Positions 47,763-57,670 of a stretch of 64,000 nucleotides of DNA are shown here, one piece after another (within the stretch, counting starts at the first letter, position 1; each line of letters begins with the position of its first letter). This DNA comes from a virus, in the IMG/VR virus record IMGVR_UViG_3300032236_001391, positions 3,522 to 67,521 of that record, one strand, 5' to 3'. The translations under genes and the position numbers were made by a program. Below the pieces are notes generated by a model. It was not told the origin of the DNA, did no database searches, and saw only the letters and a program-made list of their open reading frames with translations.

Positions 47763-48263
47763 ATGAAAGTATTACCATTACTTATCATTGGTATAATGCT
47801 GTGCACATCAGTAATATGCCAAGATAAAAGTATATATACAAATCCTGTTACAAACTCAATAAAGATAGGACCCTTAACAGGAAACAAGAATTTAGCTTTC
47901 GGGTGTAGAAATATTTTCCAAGAGATCTTACAGGACAAAGATTTTACAATTACCTCAAGTCCAGAATCTTCAGATTACGTATTAACAGTAGATATATTGT
48001 ACTTTGATGTGAATCGTACTAAAAAAAATATATCAGTTTTTCATTCAGACAAAGAAGAAACCTTAGTTATTATGAAAGGTTTGTTATCGGACAAAAGCGG
48101 AAATAAAATAAAAGAATCTGTAGCTCAAGAGTCGAGCTCAGAAATTTCCACTTCAACATTAATAACCGATGCTGGTAGTGATAAAATAAATCAACAATCT
48201 CTATCTATAGCAATCAAAAAAACTTGTGAATCTTTAATAAACAAACTATTAGAAAAAAAATGA
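47763..48263 (+). CDS. Exported protein, CsgG/LptE-like alpha/beta fold suspected
   Basis: Signal peptide ending C|Q; beta-rich core with terminal helix 'AIKKTCESLI'. Confidence 0.45.
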   Translation: MKVLPLLIIGIMLCTSVICQDKSIYTNPVTNSIKIGPLTGNKNLAFGCRNIFQEILQDKDFTITSSPESSDYVLTVDILYFDVNRTKKNISVFHSDKEETLVIMKGLLSDKSGNKIKESVAQESSSEISTSTLITDAGSDKINQQSLSIAIKKTCESLINKLLEKK

Positions 48264-49864
48264 AAAAGCTATTAATCCTATTATCTATTTTGTTCTCTAT
48301 CAATTCAAATGCTCAATTGATTATAAATCAATCGATTGTTCAAACGCCACCATATCGTGTCGGAGATACATTAACACTTAATTACACAATTTCAAATACC
48401 GGAACAACACCTCGTTATTTCTGGTTAAGGTACCAATGGAATAATTCAGCATTACAATATGTTCCTAACAGTACTATATTCTATCAAGGAAATTCTTCAC
48501 AAACTTATTTCACAATGTGGAGTAATTATTTATTTAACCCTTCCCCGTCAATTAGTATTGGAGATCTGTATGCACAATATAAAGCATCTCCTTGGAACTA
48601 TATGATTAATAATAGTTGGAATGTAGGACAATTAACAATACAAAGAGCAGATGCTTCTATCAGTGGTGTTATAGCATCTCAAAAATTTATTTTATTAGAT
48701 AAGAATGATTATACTAATATTCATAAATTAGATATGGCCTATGCAAACGATGCGAGTGGTAAATATATCACAAATATATATTCTCAAATTTTAGATTACT
48801 CAATACCAACTTCTAGCATAGTTGGTAATACATCCGCTTATAAAGTAATGATTGCGTTCCCTCAAGGTGATACGTCTATTACACATTTAAATGCGCAGTT
48901 AATGAATTTAAATTTAGATGGAACAACTAACTGGACTTTACCTCCTATTGCACAAGCTAGCTTCAATGCGCAAGGTATAGCATCATTTACCGGTTTAAAA
49001 GTAGGACAGAAATTTGCAGCATATGTGACCCCATCGTTTCACTCTTTATATTTAGATAATATAGTAACAGTATCCGATGCTTATAAAGCTTTCTTAGGTA
49101 TATCTGAAGTTGGACTTAACGGAACGTCAAATTATTTTACATACCCTACATTACAGAAAATGATTGGTAATGTTTCAGCATCACCATTAATTGATAGCAC
49201 TTTTGATAATAACGATGCGTATTATTTATTCTCATATGTGATGGGAATTGATGTAAGCAGTAAAGCGAAAATACCAACAACTGCTGCAAATACGTTTAAT
49301 TTTATTTCAGGTAAATATAGTACCTGGTATAAAGGTGCAGTATCTGATCACACATTTACAGTTAACTCTATAAATCAAACAGATACATTGGCTTATGCAT
49401 ATGGAGGTGATTTAAATTTTTCAAATTCGACCGATCCTTCGTTAATACCCGGATCTACCGCCGGTCTTAGAATAAGTAAATCTAATTCAGCTGTAGTAAC
49501 AACCGCTAAATTGAGTTTAACATCTACAATAAGTAATGGTAAAGTTATATTAACAGGAGCATTGTCTCAAGCTGATTTAGCTGGTCTACAAGTGGTATTA
49601 CAATATGATAATACTAAATTGACTTTAGATAACATAACATTTGATTCTGGAAATACCGTAACTAACTTTTCATCTAAGAATGAAAATAGATTGACATTTG
49701 GTTCTATCGATCAGTTAAAAACATCTAGAATTAAAACGGGTACTCCTTATACTCTTACATTTAATTCTAATGTCCCTATAACAAATACAACAGGTTTATT
49801 TTTTACAGTATTAGCGGATGCTGTTGATGGAAACGGAAATAAAGTTGCGTTATCTGTAGAATAA
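48260..49864 (+). CDS. Exported beta-sandwich protein with cohesin-like and dockerin-like segments
   Basis: Signal peptide NA|Q; 'LAGLQVVLQYDNTKLTL' cohesin-like; 'VTVSDAY' and 'FDNNDAY' dockerin-like; GDLNFS. Confidence 0.55.
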   Translation: MKKLLILLSILFSINSNAQLIINQSIVQTPPYRVGDTLTLNYTISNTGTTPRYFWLRYQWNNSALQYVPNSTIFYQGNSSQTYFTMWSNYLFNPSPSISIGDLYAQYKASPWNYMINNSWNVGQLTIQRADASISGVIASQKFILLDKNDYTNIHKLDMAYANDASGKYITNIYSQILDYSIPTSSIVGNTSAYKVMIAFPQGDTSITHLNAQLMNLNLDGTTNWTLPPIAQASFNAQGIASFTGLKVGQKFAAYVTPSFHSLYLDNIVTVSDAYKAFLGISEVGLNGTSNYFTYPTLQKMIGNVSASPLIDSTFDNNDAYYLFSYVMGIDVSSKAKIPTTAANTFNFISGKYSTWYKGAVSDHTFTVNSINQTDTLAYAYGGDLNFSNSTDPSLIPGSTAGLRISKSNSAVVTTAKLSLTSTISNGKVILTGALSQADLAGLQVVLQYDNTKLTLDNITFDSGNTVTNFSSKNENRLTFGSIDQLKTSRIKTGTPYTLTFNSNVPITNTTGLFFTVLADAVDGNGNKVALSVE

Positions 49865-49892
49865 TAAAAATTAAACTATAAAATAAAAAACA

Positions 49893-50261
49893 ATGAAAAA
49901 GCTATTCTTATTAACGTTAATTGTTGTGATTGTATCGGGATGTAGAAAATCAGACATTATATTACCGATAACAAAAGTTCCAACTGATTTAGCAATAGAT
50001 AATTCAATTGGTATTAAATTAGAGTCAACTTTTGTATCAGGTGATGTATCTATGAATGTTAAAAGCAATATATCTCAACCTGCAATTCTTAAGATATCAG
50101 ATCTGACCGGTAGAGTTGTTTCAAAATCGGAAGTTGATTTAAAAGCCGGTGATAATATACTGAAAGTTTATTCTGCAGCATTACCTTCATCTGCCTATAG
50201 AATTGGATTTTACGATATAAAAGATAATTTATTATCTATAACAGATTTTAATAAATTATAA
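49893..50261 (+). CDS. Lipoprotein with T9SS C-terminal-domain-like Ig fold
   Basis: Lipobox VSGC; 'LKISDLTGRVV......KAGDN......LPSSAYRI' resembles Por-secretion CTD. Confidence 0.6.
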   Translation: MKKLFLLTLIVVIVSGCRKSDIILPITKVPTDLAIDNSIGIKLESTFVSGDVSMNVKSNISQPAILKISDLTGRVVSKSEVDLKAGDNILKVYSAALPSSAYRIGFYDIKDNLLSITDFNKL

Positions 50262-50275
50262 TAATAAATCATTTA

Positions 50276-51607
50276 ATGGTAAAACATTTTTTTACCGTAT
50301 TGATTTTGTTTCTAGCATGTAATAGATCATATGGACAAACATATACCCAAACGTTTGTAGATAAGTGTACAGGACAAGTCAAAGTGGCAACTACAAATTA
50401 TGTAAATGGAAATGCTGTAGTTTCTTTTTACGATCAGGTTAAAACATTTACACAGCAGGAAGTCCAATCTGGTATACTACAAGCCTGGTTACAATCCACT
50501 TATGCTCTTTATAATGCATTATCTTGCTCGGTAAATCCAGTAGTCACCTCAACTGTACAATCTGCAGCATCACAAGCAGCATCTAACGCAGCCTCAAACG
50601 CAGCGTCTGGTGCTGCTAGTGGAGCCGCTTCGGGTGCCGCAAGTAGCTCTGCATCTGCTTCTGCATCTTCTTCTTCCGCATCTTCAAGTAGTAGTACAAG
50701 CTCATCAACATCATCAAGTGAATCTAATTCACAGTCTTCAGGTGAAAGTTCATCGTCTTCTTCATCTGATAATAAAAGTAATAGTGATAGCAAATCTTCT
50801 TCCGATTCAAAATCAGAAAGCGGTAGTGATTCTAAATCGGATAGCAAAAAATCCGATAGTAAAAGCGAAAATAAAAAGGATGATCAAAAAAAGAAAGAAG
50901 AAGAAAAGAAAAAGAAAGAGGAAGAAAAAAAGAAAAAAAAATTAGAAAATACGAATCCGTTATTATTCGCCTCGGATCTAGCCGGTTCAGAATCAGTTGG
51001 TGGAAAGTATAGCGCGATGATTTCATTAGGAATATCTAAATCTTCTTTAATGGGAGATAAGTCATATAGCTTAACGGGGATGATATGGTCTACACTAAAC
51101 CAATTTGCTGTTTCTGGAGGTTATACAAAAATGAATTTTAATAAAGGAAAATTGAATAATATCAATAGTTACTCAATAACAACCGCATATTTACAAGGAA
51201 ACCTAATGTCTTTGATGGGATATACATATATAAAGCCAAATCCAAAAATAGGTACATATGGTTATAATCTAGGCCTAATTCAACTATTTATGAAAAATTC
51301 TAGTGGATCCGGTTATAATACGATGATGTCAACCTCAATGGTAGCTTTTTGGATGAATGCGTATCAAATAAATAAAAAGACAACGGTATCTCCTCAAATA
51401 TTTTGCATGAATTCTCCTATCGCTTGGGATCCAAAAACAGGAAAATCGACATTTAATAGTCATATTCAATATATTATTGGTACCGGTATAGATTATAAAA
51501 TAAGTAAAAGGTTTGGTTTTAATTTTTCATATAAAGCATCCGCTCAAACCGAACCTAAAATTACTATTTTAAATAATTTTCAAATTGGGTCCAAATTAAT
51601 ATTATAA
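50276..51607 (+). CDS. Exported protein with Ala/Ser/Lys low-complexity linker and C-terminal beta-barrel-like domain
   Basis: Signal peptide YG|Q; alternating beta strands ending FQIGSKLIL. Confidence 0.6.
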   Translation: MVKHFFTVLILFLACNRSYGQTYTQTFVDKCTGQVKVATTNYVNGNAVVSFYDQVKTFTQQEVQSGILQAWLQSTYALYNALSCSVNPVVTSTVQSAASQAASNAASNAASGAASGAASGAASSSASASASSSSASSSSSTSSSTSSSESNSQSSGESSSSSSSDNKSNSDSKSSSDSKSESGSDSKSDSKKSDSKSENKKDDQKKKEEEKKKKEEEKKKKKLENTNPLLFASDLAGSESVGGKYSAMISLGISKSSLMGDKSYSLTGMIWSTLNQFAVSGGYTKMNFNKGKLNNINSYSITTAYLQGNLMSLMGYTYIKPNPKIGTYGYNLGLIQLFMKNSSGSGYNTMMSTSMVAFWMNAYQINKKTTVSPQIFCMNSPIAWDPKTGKSTFNSHIQYIIGTGIDYKISKRFGFNFSYKASAQTEPKITILNNFQIGSKLIL

Positions 51608-51709
51608 AAAATTTTGATAATAAAAAGGTTTGGTATAAAAACTTTAACTATATTTATTTTTATTATTCAAATTGGTTAAAATAATAATATTTATAATAAA
51701 TAAAATCAT

Positions 51710-52087
51710 ATGGCAAAGGCAAAAAAAGAACAATCCCCAGAAGATAAAATGTCCCAAAACGAGAAACATAACGATGGAACTATGAGCGGTTTGAAGAAAA
51801 CCGTAATTGGTACTATAAGTACACTAGTTATTGGTGGAGGTACATTTTTAATGTCATATCTTCAAAAACCAAAGGATGATGTCAAAGCAAATGGTAATCA
51901 ACCAGCTATAAATATAAATATACCTTCTCAGCAACAACAACCGGCGGCAGCTACATCTAAGACTGTGATTATCAGAGAGAAAGCAGGAACTGTAGATAAT
52001 GTTACTAAAAAAACTGAGCAATCGGAGAAACCTAAATCAATTAAAAAAGAGGGAGACGAATTTAAAAAGGAAGATCCTAAATGGTAA
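51710..52087 (+). CDS. Single-TM protein with Q/P-rich tail
   Basis: TVIGTISTLVIGGGTFL segment. Confidence 0.55.
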   Translation: MAKAKKEQSPEDKMSQNEKHNDGTMSGLKKTVIGTISTLVIGGGTFLMSYLQKPKDDVKANGNQPAININIPSQQQQPAAATSKTVIIREKAGTVDNVTKKTEQSEKPKSIKKEGDEFKKEDPKW

Positions 52088-52123
52088 TGTAATTATTAAT
52101 GCAATAAATCCTATATGGACCCC

Positions 52124-52346
52124 GACCCTGATGAAAATAAAATTAATAAACACGATAAAAGAACTCTCGCTAATGTTGGCGATGTTCTTTCTGCCATTCG
52201 GTTACGATGCGTTATTCAAATTCATAATGGATATAACTGGTTCATATTGGGTAGCAGATATCGTTTTTTATTCTATATCGGCTTCATTTTTTATATTATA
52301 TTTTTTATTAAAAGGTTATGTTAGAAAAAAATCTAAATCATCTTAA
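52124..52346 (+). CDS. Small two-TM membrane protein (start uncertain, about MKIKLI at 52131)
   Basis: LMLAMFFLPFGYDALF...FYSISASFF hydrophobic pair in ORF 51999-52346. Confidence 0.45.
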
Positions 52347-52358
52347 AATTAAAAAATC

Positions 52359-52619
52359 ATGACTTTCAAAGAATGGGTAATTGAATTGTTCAAAGACGAG
52401 AGAGGTTCAATCTCTATCAAACCAGTAGTAGCATTTATTGGAGCATTGTTCCTATGTGTAACAATGTTAGCTAACTCTTTTTCAATAGCAGACATTAAAC
52501 CTGCTCCTGAATTGGTTAATGCAGTAATGGTTATCACTGCAATCGGAATGGGTGCAGATACCATAGACAAATTCAGTAAAAAATCTCCAGCTGACTCTCC
52601 AGCCGAACCAGAAGCATAA
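52359..52619 (+). CDS. Small two-TM holin-like protein
   Basis: FKDERGSIS motif followed by two TM helices. Confidence 0.5.
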   Translation: MTFKEWVIELFKDERGSISIKPVVAFIGALFLCVTMLANSFSIADIKPAPELVNAVMVITAIGMGADTIDKFSKKSPADSPAEPEA

Positions 52620-52623
52620 ATTA

Positions 52624-52650
52624 TAAAGGGAGACTAATAATCTCCCTTTA
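52624..52650 (+). terminator. Hairpin terminator, possibly bidirectional
   Basis: TAAAGGGAGA-CTAATAA-TCTCCCTTTA. Confidence 0.65.
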
Positions 52651-52674
52651 CTTAAACAAATAAAATAAAATAAA

Positions 52675-52905
52675 ATGAAAAAAGTTTTGATTAAAATGTT
52701 TCACAAGATCGCATATGTATTCTTGTTATTTATCTTGGTTTCGATTACATTTATTTTTTGTTTTGAATTATTTATTATATATTTGCAATTCAATAATCGT
52801 AATGATACGGTAAAAAATATAGATAATAAAATTGCTTGGAAAATAGATGCTACATTTAAGAATGATTCAAATAACATCTGGCATAAGCCTGTTAAAAACA
52901 AGTAA
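52675..52905 (+). CDS. Small membrane protein
   Basis: One long hydrophobic helix. Confidence 0.5.
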   Translation: MKKVLIKMFHKIAYVFLLFILVSITFIFCFELFIIYLQFNNRNDTVKNIDNKIAWKIDATFKNDSNNIWHKPVKNK

Positions 52906-52911
52906 TAAAAA

Positions 52912-53628
52912 ATGAAAAAAATATTAATCTTATTAGGGCTATTCATTTATTTTAATTCAGAAGCACAAAATATTGGATCTACAAAAACTGAACAATATAA
53001 AGCTTCATTTGAAACTAAGATAGATATTAGTCAGTATATGGATTATGATGGTCCACAAATTCCAATTCAAATACTTAAATGTGGAATAAGTGATGAGATG
53101 TATGAACAATATCCGGAACTAAAAGAAAAAAAAGTAGGACTTGGTGTTACTAATATATCAATGGAATACCTAGAAAATCTCAATCGTTTTCAATTTACCG
53201 AAGATAAAACAGAGATTAAAAACCGAATGGTAAAACAGTTCCAGGCATCGCAAGCTGGTATATCTAAAGATACTTTAAACGGTAGAGGAAAAATTAGATT
53301 AGCACATTACTTCGTAGAAATAGAATGCTATGATTACTCAGTATCAGAAGATGAAGAAGTCAATCTAAAGGATGGGGTTAAAGACTTAATGGTAACCAGA
53401 ATAGGTTTACAAGTCAGATTCACCGATGCTGAAAATGGTACAATAATAGCAGCTTCCGGTTTAGGTGAAGCTAAAACAACAAGAGAATTAACATTTTTAA
53501 GCGATGCGACAGTAGATCCAGTTAAATTTAATCAGTCTACGATAAGTATTGCAACTAAAAAAGCTTTAGATATTGCATGTGCAAGAATTCTAAAGCGTAT
53601 GGTAGATAAAAAAATATTCAATAAATAA
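52912..53628 (+). CDS. CsgG-like (curli assembly/TolB_N-like fold) exported protein
   Basis: Signal peptide EA|Q; 'L..lNRF.f.E', 'I..YDySvsE', 'rIGLQVRf.dae.G.ii', 'A.KKAld.A'. Confidence 0.65.
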   Translation: MKKILILLGLFIYFNSEAQNIGSTKTEQYKASFETKIDISQYMDYDGPQIPIQILKCGISDEMYEQYPELKEKKVGLGVTNISMEYLENLNRFQFTEDKTEIKNRMVKQFQASQAGISKDTLNGRGKIRLAHYFVEIECYDYSVSEDEEVNLKDGVKDLMVTRIGLQVRFTDAENGTIIAASGLGEAKTTRELTFLSDATVDPVKFNQSTISIATKKALDIACARILKRMVDKKIFNK

Positions 53629-53635
53629 TACAAAT

Positions 53636-53989
53636 ATGGCAAACTCAGCACCAAAACCAAGACCAATGAGAAGTAAAAAGTCTGGAAAGAAAAAAGCAAA
53701 GTTGATAAATGTTAATAATGATATTATTAAGAAATTATTAGCATTAGCGTTATTAATTTTTATTTTCGGTTGTACTGCACCGTATAAGATAATTGAAACT
53801 TATACAACCGATTCTACAGGAAAAACTGTTAAAACAGTTCAAAAAATCTATCCAAATAGAGATTCAGTTGTTGTTAATCATACGTATAACGATATATCAT
53901 TATATCCTTATCCATGGAATTATTATCATCCTTACTATCATTTGAGGCCTGTAATTATCTATCCTCGCGTAGCCCATTGGCATAGATAA
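53636..53989 (+). CDS. Putative lipoprotein with basic N-terminal extension
   Basis: LLALALLIFIFGC lipobox; Y/P/H-rich tail. Confidence 0.5.
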   Translation: MANSAPKPRPMRSKKSGKKKAKLINVNNDIIKKLLALALLIFIFGCTAPYKIIETYTTDSTGKTVKTVQKIYPNRDSVVVNHTYNDISLYPYPWNYYHPYYHLRPVIIYPRVAHWHR

Positions 53990-54046
53990 TAAAAAATTTA
54001 TTTGTTTACGCATATATTATTACTTTTGTTGTTCTAAAATAAAGTT

Positions 54047-54334
54047 ATGGATAAAAAGGAATTTTCATTAGGTAATGGTAATAATTTAGAAATTAAATGT
54101 TCTACAATAGTTACTTTAAATCAATCCCTTATTGTGATCAATCAAGGGGAAACTCTCTCTTTAGATGTTACTATAAATGCTGATTTCGGTACTATTCCAG
54201 AAAAATATCATGAAATATTTTTAAATGTTCTATCTTCCAAATATTACGGAAGAGCAGTATTTGGAGATAATCCGTTTAGTCAATCCTTATCTAATTCTAA
54301 AAAAAGATGGTGGCAATTTTGGAAAAGTAATTAA
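54047..54334 (+). CDS. Hypothetical protein
   Basis: Ends in KKRWWQFWK motif. Confidence 0.5.
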   Translation: MDKKEFSLGNGNNLEIKCSTIVTLNQSLIVINQGETLSLDVTINADFGTIPEKYHEIFLNVLSSKYYGRAVFGDNPFSQSLSNSKKRWWQFWKSN

Positions 54335-54348
54335 TTATATTATCTTTG
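54318..54348 (+). promoter_or_regulatory. Bacteroidota-type promoter
   Basis: TTTG, 19-nt spacer, TATCTTTG. Confidence 0.65.
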
Positions 54349-54365
54349 TAAAAACGGAATAAAAA

Positions 54366-55571
54366 ATGGAAAAATCTAACGTGGATAATACTGACAATTT
54401 ATCTAATCAAAAATTAGAAACTAATTTTATAAATAAAAATATTTCTTTTTATTCAGACGACTATGTGGACGAGTTCCCAGTTGGTAGATATTTTATCGAT
54501 AAATATTCAAAATTACCTTCTTCTTGTGTTTTAGAAGATAATTTAAAATTAGAACTTATTACAGAATTGATAGGTAATGATTATAAATTGATATGGGTTA
54601 AAAAAAGGTTTAAATTAGGTAGTGTATTTACTTCTATTGAAGCATACGAAAAACATGGGATACTTGTATTATTATCACATCTTCGCGAAAAAGAAGATGG
54701 AGTTTCTGTTAAAAAAAGATTTTACTCTTACGATGATTCTTATGATGAAGAACAAGAGCCAGATGATATAAGTAAAATACTTCCAAATATTTTAAAAGGA
54801 ACAATTTATTATACGGATGATAGTATCGCAGAAGATTTTTTTAATATTGCTAAAAAATATATATCTTCAAAGAAAACCAAATCAAAAATATCATTATTGA
54901 TTTCTACTAAGTCTGGATTTTCTACATTACCACAAAAAATAAATAATCCTAAAATAGATATAAAATCTAATTATGGAGAGAAATTTATTAAAATCCATGA
55001 TAAGATAATAGATCAATTAAGCGAATCTAATGGTAAAGGGTTAGTTCTTTTACACGGTCTTCCGGGTACCGGAAAAACAAATTACATCAGGCATCTTTGT
55101 AAGTCTATTGATAAAGAAATTATATTTCTACCTCCTTTCTTAGCAGAGAATATGTCAAGTCCTGATTTTATTCCATTTTTGTTAGATCATACTAATTCGA
55201 TATTGATTATTGAAGATGCTGAAAAAGTAATACTAGATAGAGAAGGAGAACAAAGTAGTAGACAGAGTGTTGCTAATATATTAAATATGACAGATGGGAT
55301 ATTAAGCGATTGTTTATCAATTCAGATTATCGCTACATTTAATACCACAAGAGATCGTATTGATAAAGCTTTATTAAGAAAAGGTAGATTAATTGCTGAG
55401 TGGAAATTTGATGCTCTAAGTGTTGATGATTCTAATAATTTATTAAGAACTTTAGGTAAAAACCATATTACTAATAAACCTTTGACTCTATCTGAAATTT
55501 ATAATATAGAAGAAGAATTAAATGTAGTTCAAAAAGAAACAAATCAAATAGGTTTTTTAAAAAACAATTAA
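54366..55571 (+). CDS. AAA+ ATPase
   Basis: LHGLPGTGKT, LIIEDAE, ILNMTDG, IDKALLRKGRL. Confidence 0.9.
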   Translation: MEKSNVDNTDNLSNQKLETNFINKNISFYSDDYVDEFPVGRYFIDKYSKLPSSCVLEDNLKLELITELIGNDYKLIWVKKRFKLGSVFTSIEAYEKHGILVLLSHLREKEDGVSVKKRFYSYDDSYDEEQEPDDISKILPNILKGTIYYTDDSIAEDFFNIAKKYISSKKTKSKISLLISTKSGFSTLPQKINNPKIDIKSNYGEKFIKIHDKIIDQLSESNGKGLVLLHGLPGTGKTNYIRHLCKSIDKEIIFLPPFLAENMSSPDFIPFLLDHTNSILIIEDAEKVILDREGEQSSRQSVANILNMTDGILSDCLSIQIIATFNTTRDRIDKALLRKGRLIAEWKFDALSVDDSNNLLRTLGKNHITNKPLTLSEIYNIEEELNVVQKETNQIGFLKNN

Positions 55572-55582
55572 AATAAAAAAGT

Positions 55583-55882
55583 ATGTTATTAATCGTTAAG
55601 TACAAATCAGGAGAAGTTAGAAGAGTAAATTTAACACAGGAATTTTTTAATTCTTACGATTTATCTATTTCTAAAAGAGCATTAGATTTTGCACATATGA
55701 ATGGTTCGGATGTTTATCATGTATCTGTACAAAGAGGAAATGAAATCGTATTTGAAAATATTTACAGAAGTAATGCACCTGAGGAGAAATCATCCGAATT
55801 TATTGTGGATGAATCAAACATAAAAAAAATGTTTAGAAATAAACATAAAAATGATAAGTTTACAACTAAAGTAATACTGTAA
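55583..55882 (+). CDS. Hypothetical protein
   Basis: 99 aa ORF, coupled to next gene. Confidence 0.45.
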   Translation: MLLIVKYKSGEVRRVNLTQEFFNSYDLSISKRALDFAHMNGSDVYHVSVQRGNEIVFENIYRSNAPEEKSSEFIVDESNIKKMFRNKHKNDKFTTKVIL

Positions 55883-56622
55883 TGATAATTGTAGCGATAA
55901 GTGATACCCACGGTAGACACGAAATTTTAACTGGAACTGAAATGGGTAATCTATTACCCGATGGTGATTTATTGATTCATGCTGGAGATTTGACTAATAT
56001 AGGTGGTAAAGGAGAAGTGAATGATGTTCTTGATTGGTTGATATCTATTGCACCTAGATATAAACACGGTGTGATATTCATCGCGGGTAATCACGATAGA
56101 GGATTCGATCCTAAGTTTAATCTAGCGGAAGATAAAAAAGATAAACCCGATTATCTTAAACATAGATTAGCTGATTTGGAATTAAGTGACTATGGTGTAA
56201 CATATTTGGAAAATAACTATTGTATAATAGATAATATTAAAATATGGGGGTCTCCTATGACCCCCGATTTCTTTCCAGATAGATGGGCATTCAATAGAAC
56301 TAGAGGTGATATAATAAATGAATACTGGAAACAGATACCGGATGATACAAATATAATTATTACACATGGTCCTCCATATGGATATAACGATTATGTATCT
56401 AGAGACCAATCGTATGTAGGTTGTTCCGATTTAGCTAATAGAATAAATGAGATAAAACCTTTTATATCAATACATGGGCATATTCATGATAGTAGAGGTT
56501 ATTCTTGGAACGAGGATACCAATTATATAAATGCATCTATTTTAGATGATAGATATGATATGAGATATCAGCCTATTGTATTTGATGTAGATTTTGAACA
56601 AAAAAAATTTAATATAATCTAA
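55882..56622 (+). CDS. Calcineurin-like metallophosphoesterase
   Basis: SDTH, HAGD, GNHD, THGPP, GHIH. Confidence 0.9.
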   Translation: MIIVAISDTHGRHEILTGTEMGNLLPDGDLLIHAGDLTNIGGKGEVNDVLDWLISIAPRYKHGVIFIAGNHDRGFDPKFNLAEDKKDKPDYLKHRLADLELSDYGVTYLENNYCIIDNIKIWGSPMTPDFFPDRWAFNRTRGDIINEYWKQIPDDTNIIITHGPPYGYNDYVSRDQSYVGCSDLANRINEIKPFISIHGHIHDSRGYSWNEDTNYINASILDDRYDMRYQPIVFDVDFEQKKFNII

Positions 56623-56623
56623 T

Positions 56624-56791
56624 ATGAAAATTAAAAAAATAATTTATGTATTGTTTATCATTACAGGAATTTTAATAGAGAAATACGGATTACATACTGG
56701 TAATCCTGAACTAGAAAAATATTTTGGATTTGGTGCGGTTGGACTAGGATCTTTTAATTTAATATTAGATTATTTCAAAAGTAAAAAATAA
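56624..56791 (+). CDS. Small membrane protein (55 aa, not in ORF track)
   Basis: Open frame MKIKKIIYVLFIITGILIEKYG... filling the gap exactly. Confidence 0.5.
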   Translation: MKIKKIIYVLFIITGILIEKYGLHTGNPELEKYFGFGAVGLGSFNLILDYFKSKK

Positions 56792-56796
56792 TTTTC

Positions 56797-57444
56797 ATGT
56801 CAATAATTGCAATTTCTGGATTTTCCGGTTCCGGTAAAGACACTGTAGGATCTATGATAGCTGAGTTTGATCATATTAATAAATGGAAGATAAAAAGATG
56901 GGCCGATAAATTAAAACAGGTTGCTTCATTGATAACCGGCATCCCAGTAGAAAAATTTGAAGATCAAGAATTTAAGAAAACAGAATTAGGTTCCGAGTGG
57001 GCATATAAAAAAAAATTTATCGGAAGACACTTTGATGCTTTTGTTAAAGATTGGAAGGAAGTGGATGTCCCAATGACTGTAAGAGACTTATTACAATTAT
57101 TGGGAACCGAGGCTATGAGAAAGGGTTTGCACGAGAATGTTTGGATAAATGCTCTGATGTCTGATTATATTGCTAAGGATAATCTATTACCGAATTGGAT
57201 AATAACAGATACTCGTTTTAAAAATGAAACCTCTGCAGTTAAAAATAAAGGGGGAATAATAATTAGAGTTAATAGAAAAGGAGTAGGGCCGTTAAATGAT
57301 CATTCTTCCGAAAACGAATTAACTGATTATTCTGGATTTGTTTATGTTATAAACAACGATGGATCTTTAGAAGATTTGAAGGATGCTGTTAGACATATGC
57401 TAGAACATTTTAGCATAGGTAGACAAATTATTTATAATAAATAA
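56797..57444 (+). CDS. Deoxynucleoside monophosphate kinase (T4 gp1-like)
   Basis: ISGFSGSGKDT, R.LLQ.LGTE..R, ITDTRF.NE, H.SE. Confidence 0.88.
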   Translation: MSIIAISGFSGSGKDTVGSMIAEFDHINKWKIKRWADKLKQVASLITGIPVEKFEDQEFKKTELGSEWAYKKKFIGRHFDAFVKDWKEVDVPMTVRDLLQLLGTEAMRKGLHENVWINALMSDYIAKDNLLPNWIITDTRFKNETSAVKNKGGIIIRVNRKGVGPLNDHSSENELTDYSGFVYVINNDGSLEDLKDAVRHMLEHFSIGRQIIYNK

Positions 57445-57454
57445 AAAATTTAAT

Positions 57455-57649
57455 ATGCCAAATATAAACGATAGGCTATTTGGATTTGAACTATTTACAG
57501 AAATAAATGCAGAGATCGATAAGATCAAAAATTTATATCCATATTCTAATAATAATCATGCATACAATGCAATAGTTGATATGTGTAAAGATAAAGTAAA
57601 AGAATTAGCAAATAGAAAAAAAGAAGGATTATCAAAACCAATAGATTAG
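57455..57649 (+). CDS. Hypothetical protein
   Basis: 64 aa ORF. Confidence 0.4.
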   Translation: MPNINDRLFGFELFTEINAEIDKIKNLYPYSNNNHAYNAIVDMCKDKVKELANRKKEGLSKPID

Positions 57650-57670
57650 TTGTAAAGTAAAAAATAATAT

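Noticed and set aside
50509-51026. Alternative-frame ORFs over the Ser/Ala/Lys tract
   Set aside because: By-products of low-complexity codons in the 443-aa gene
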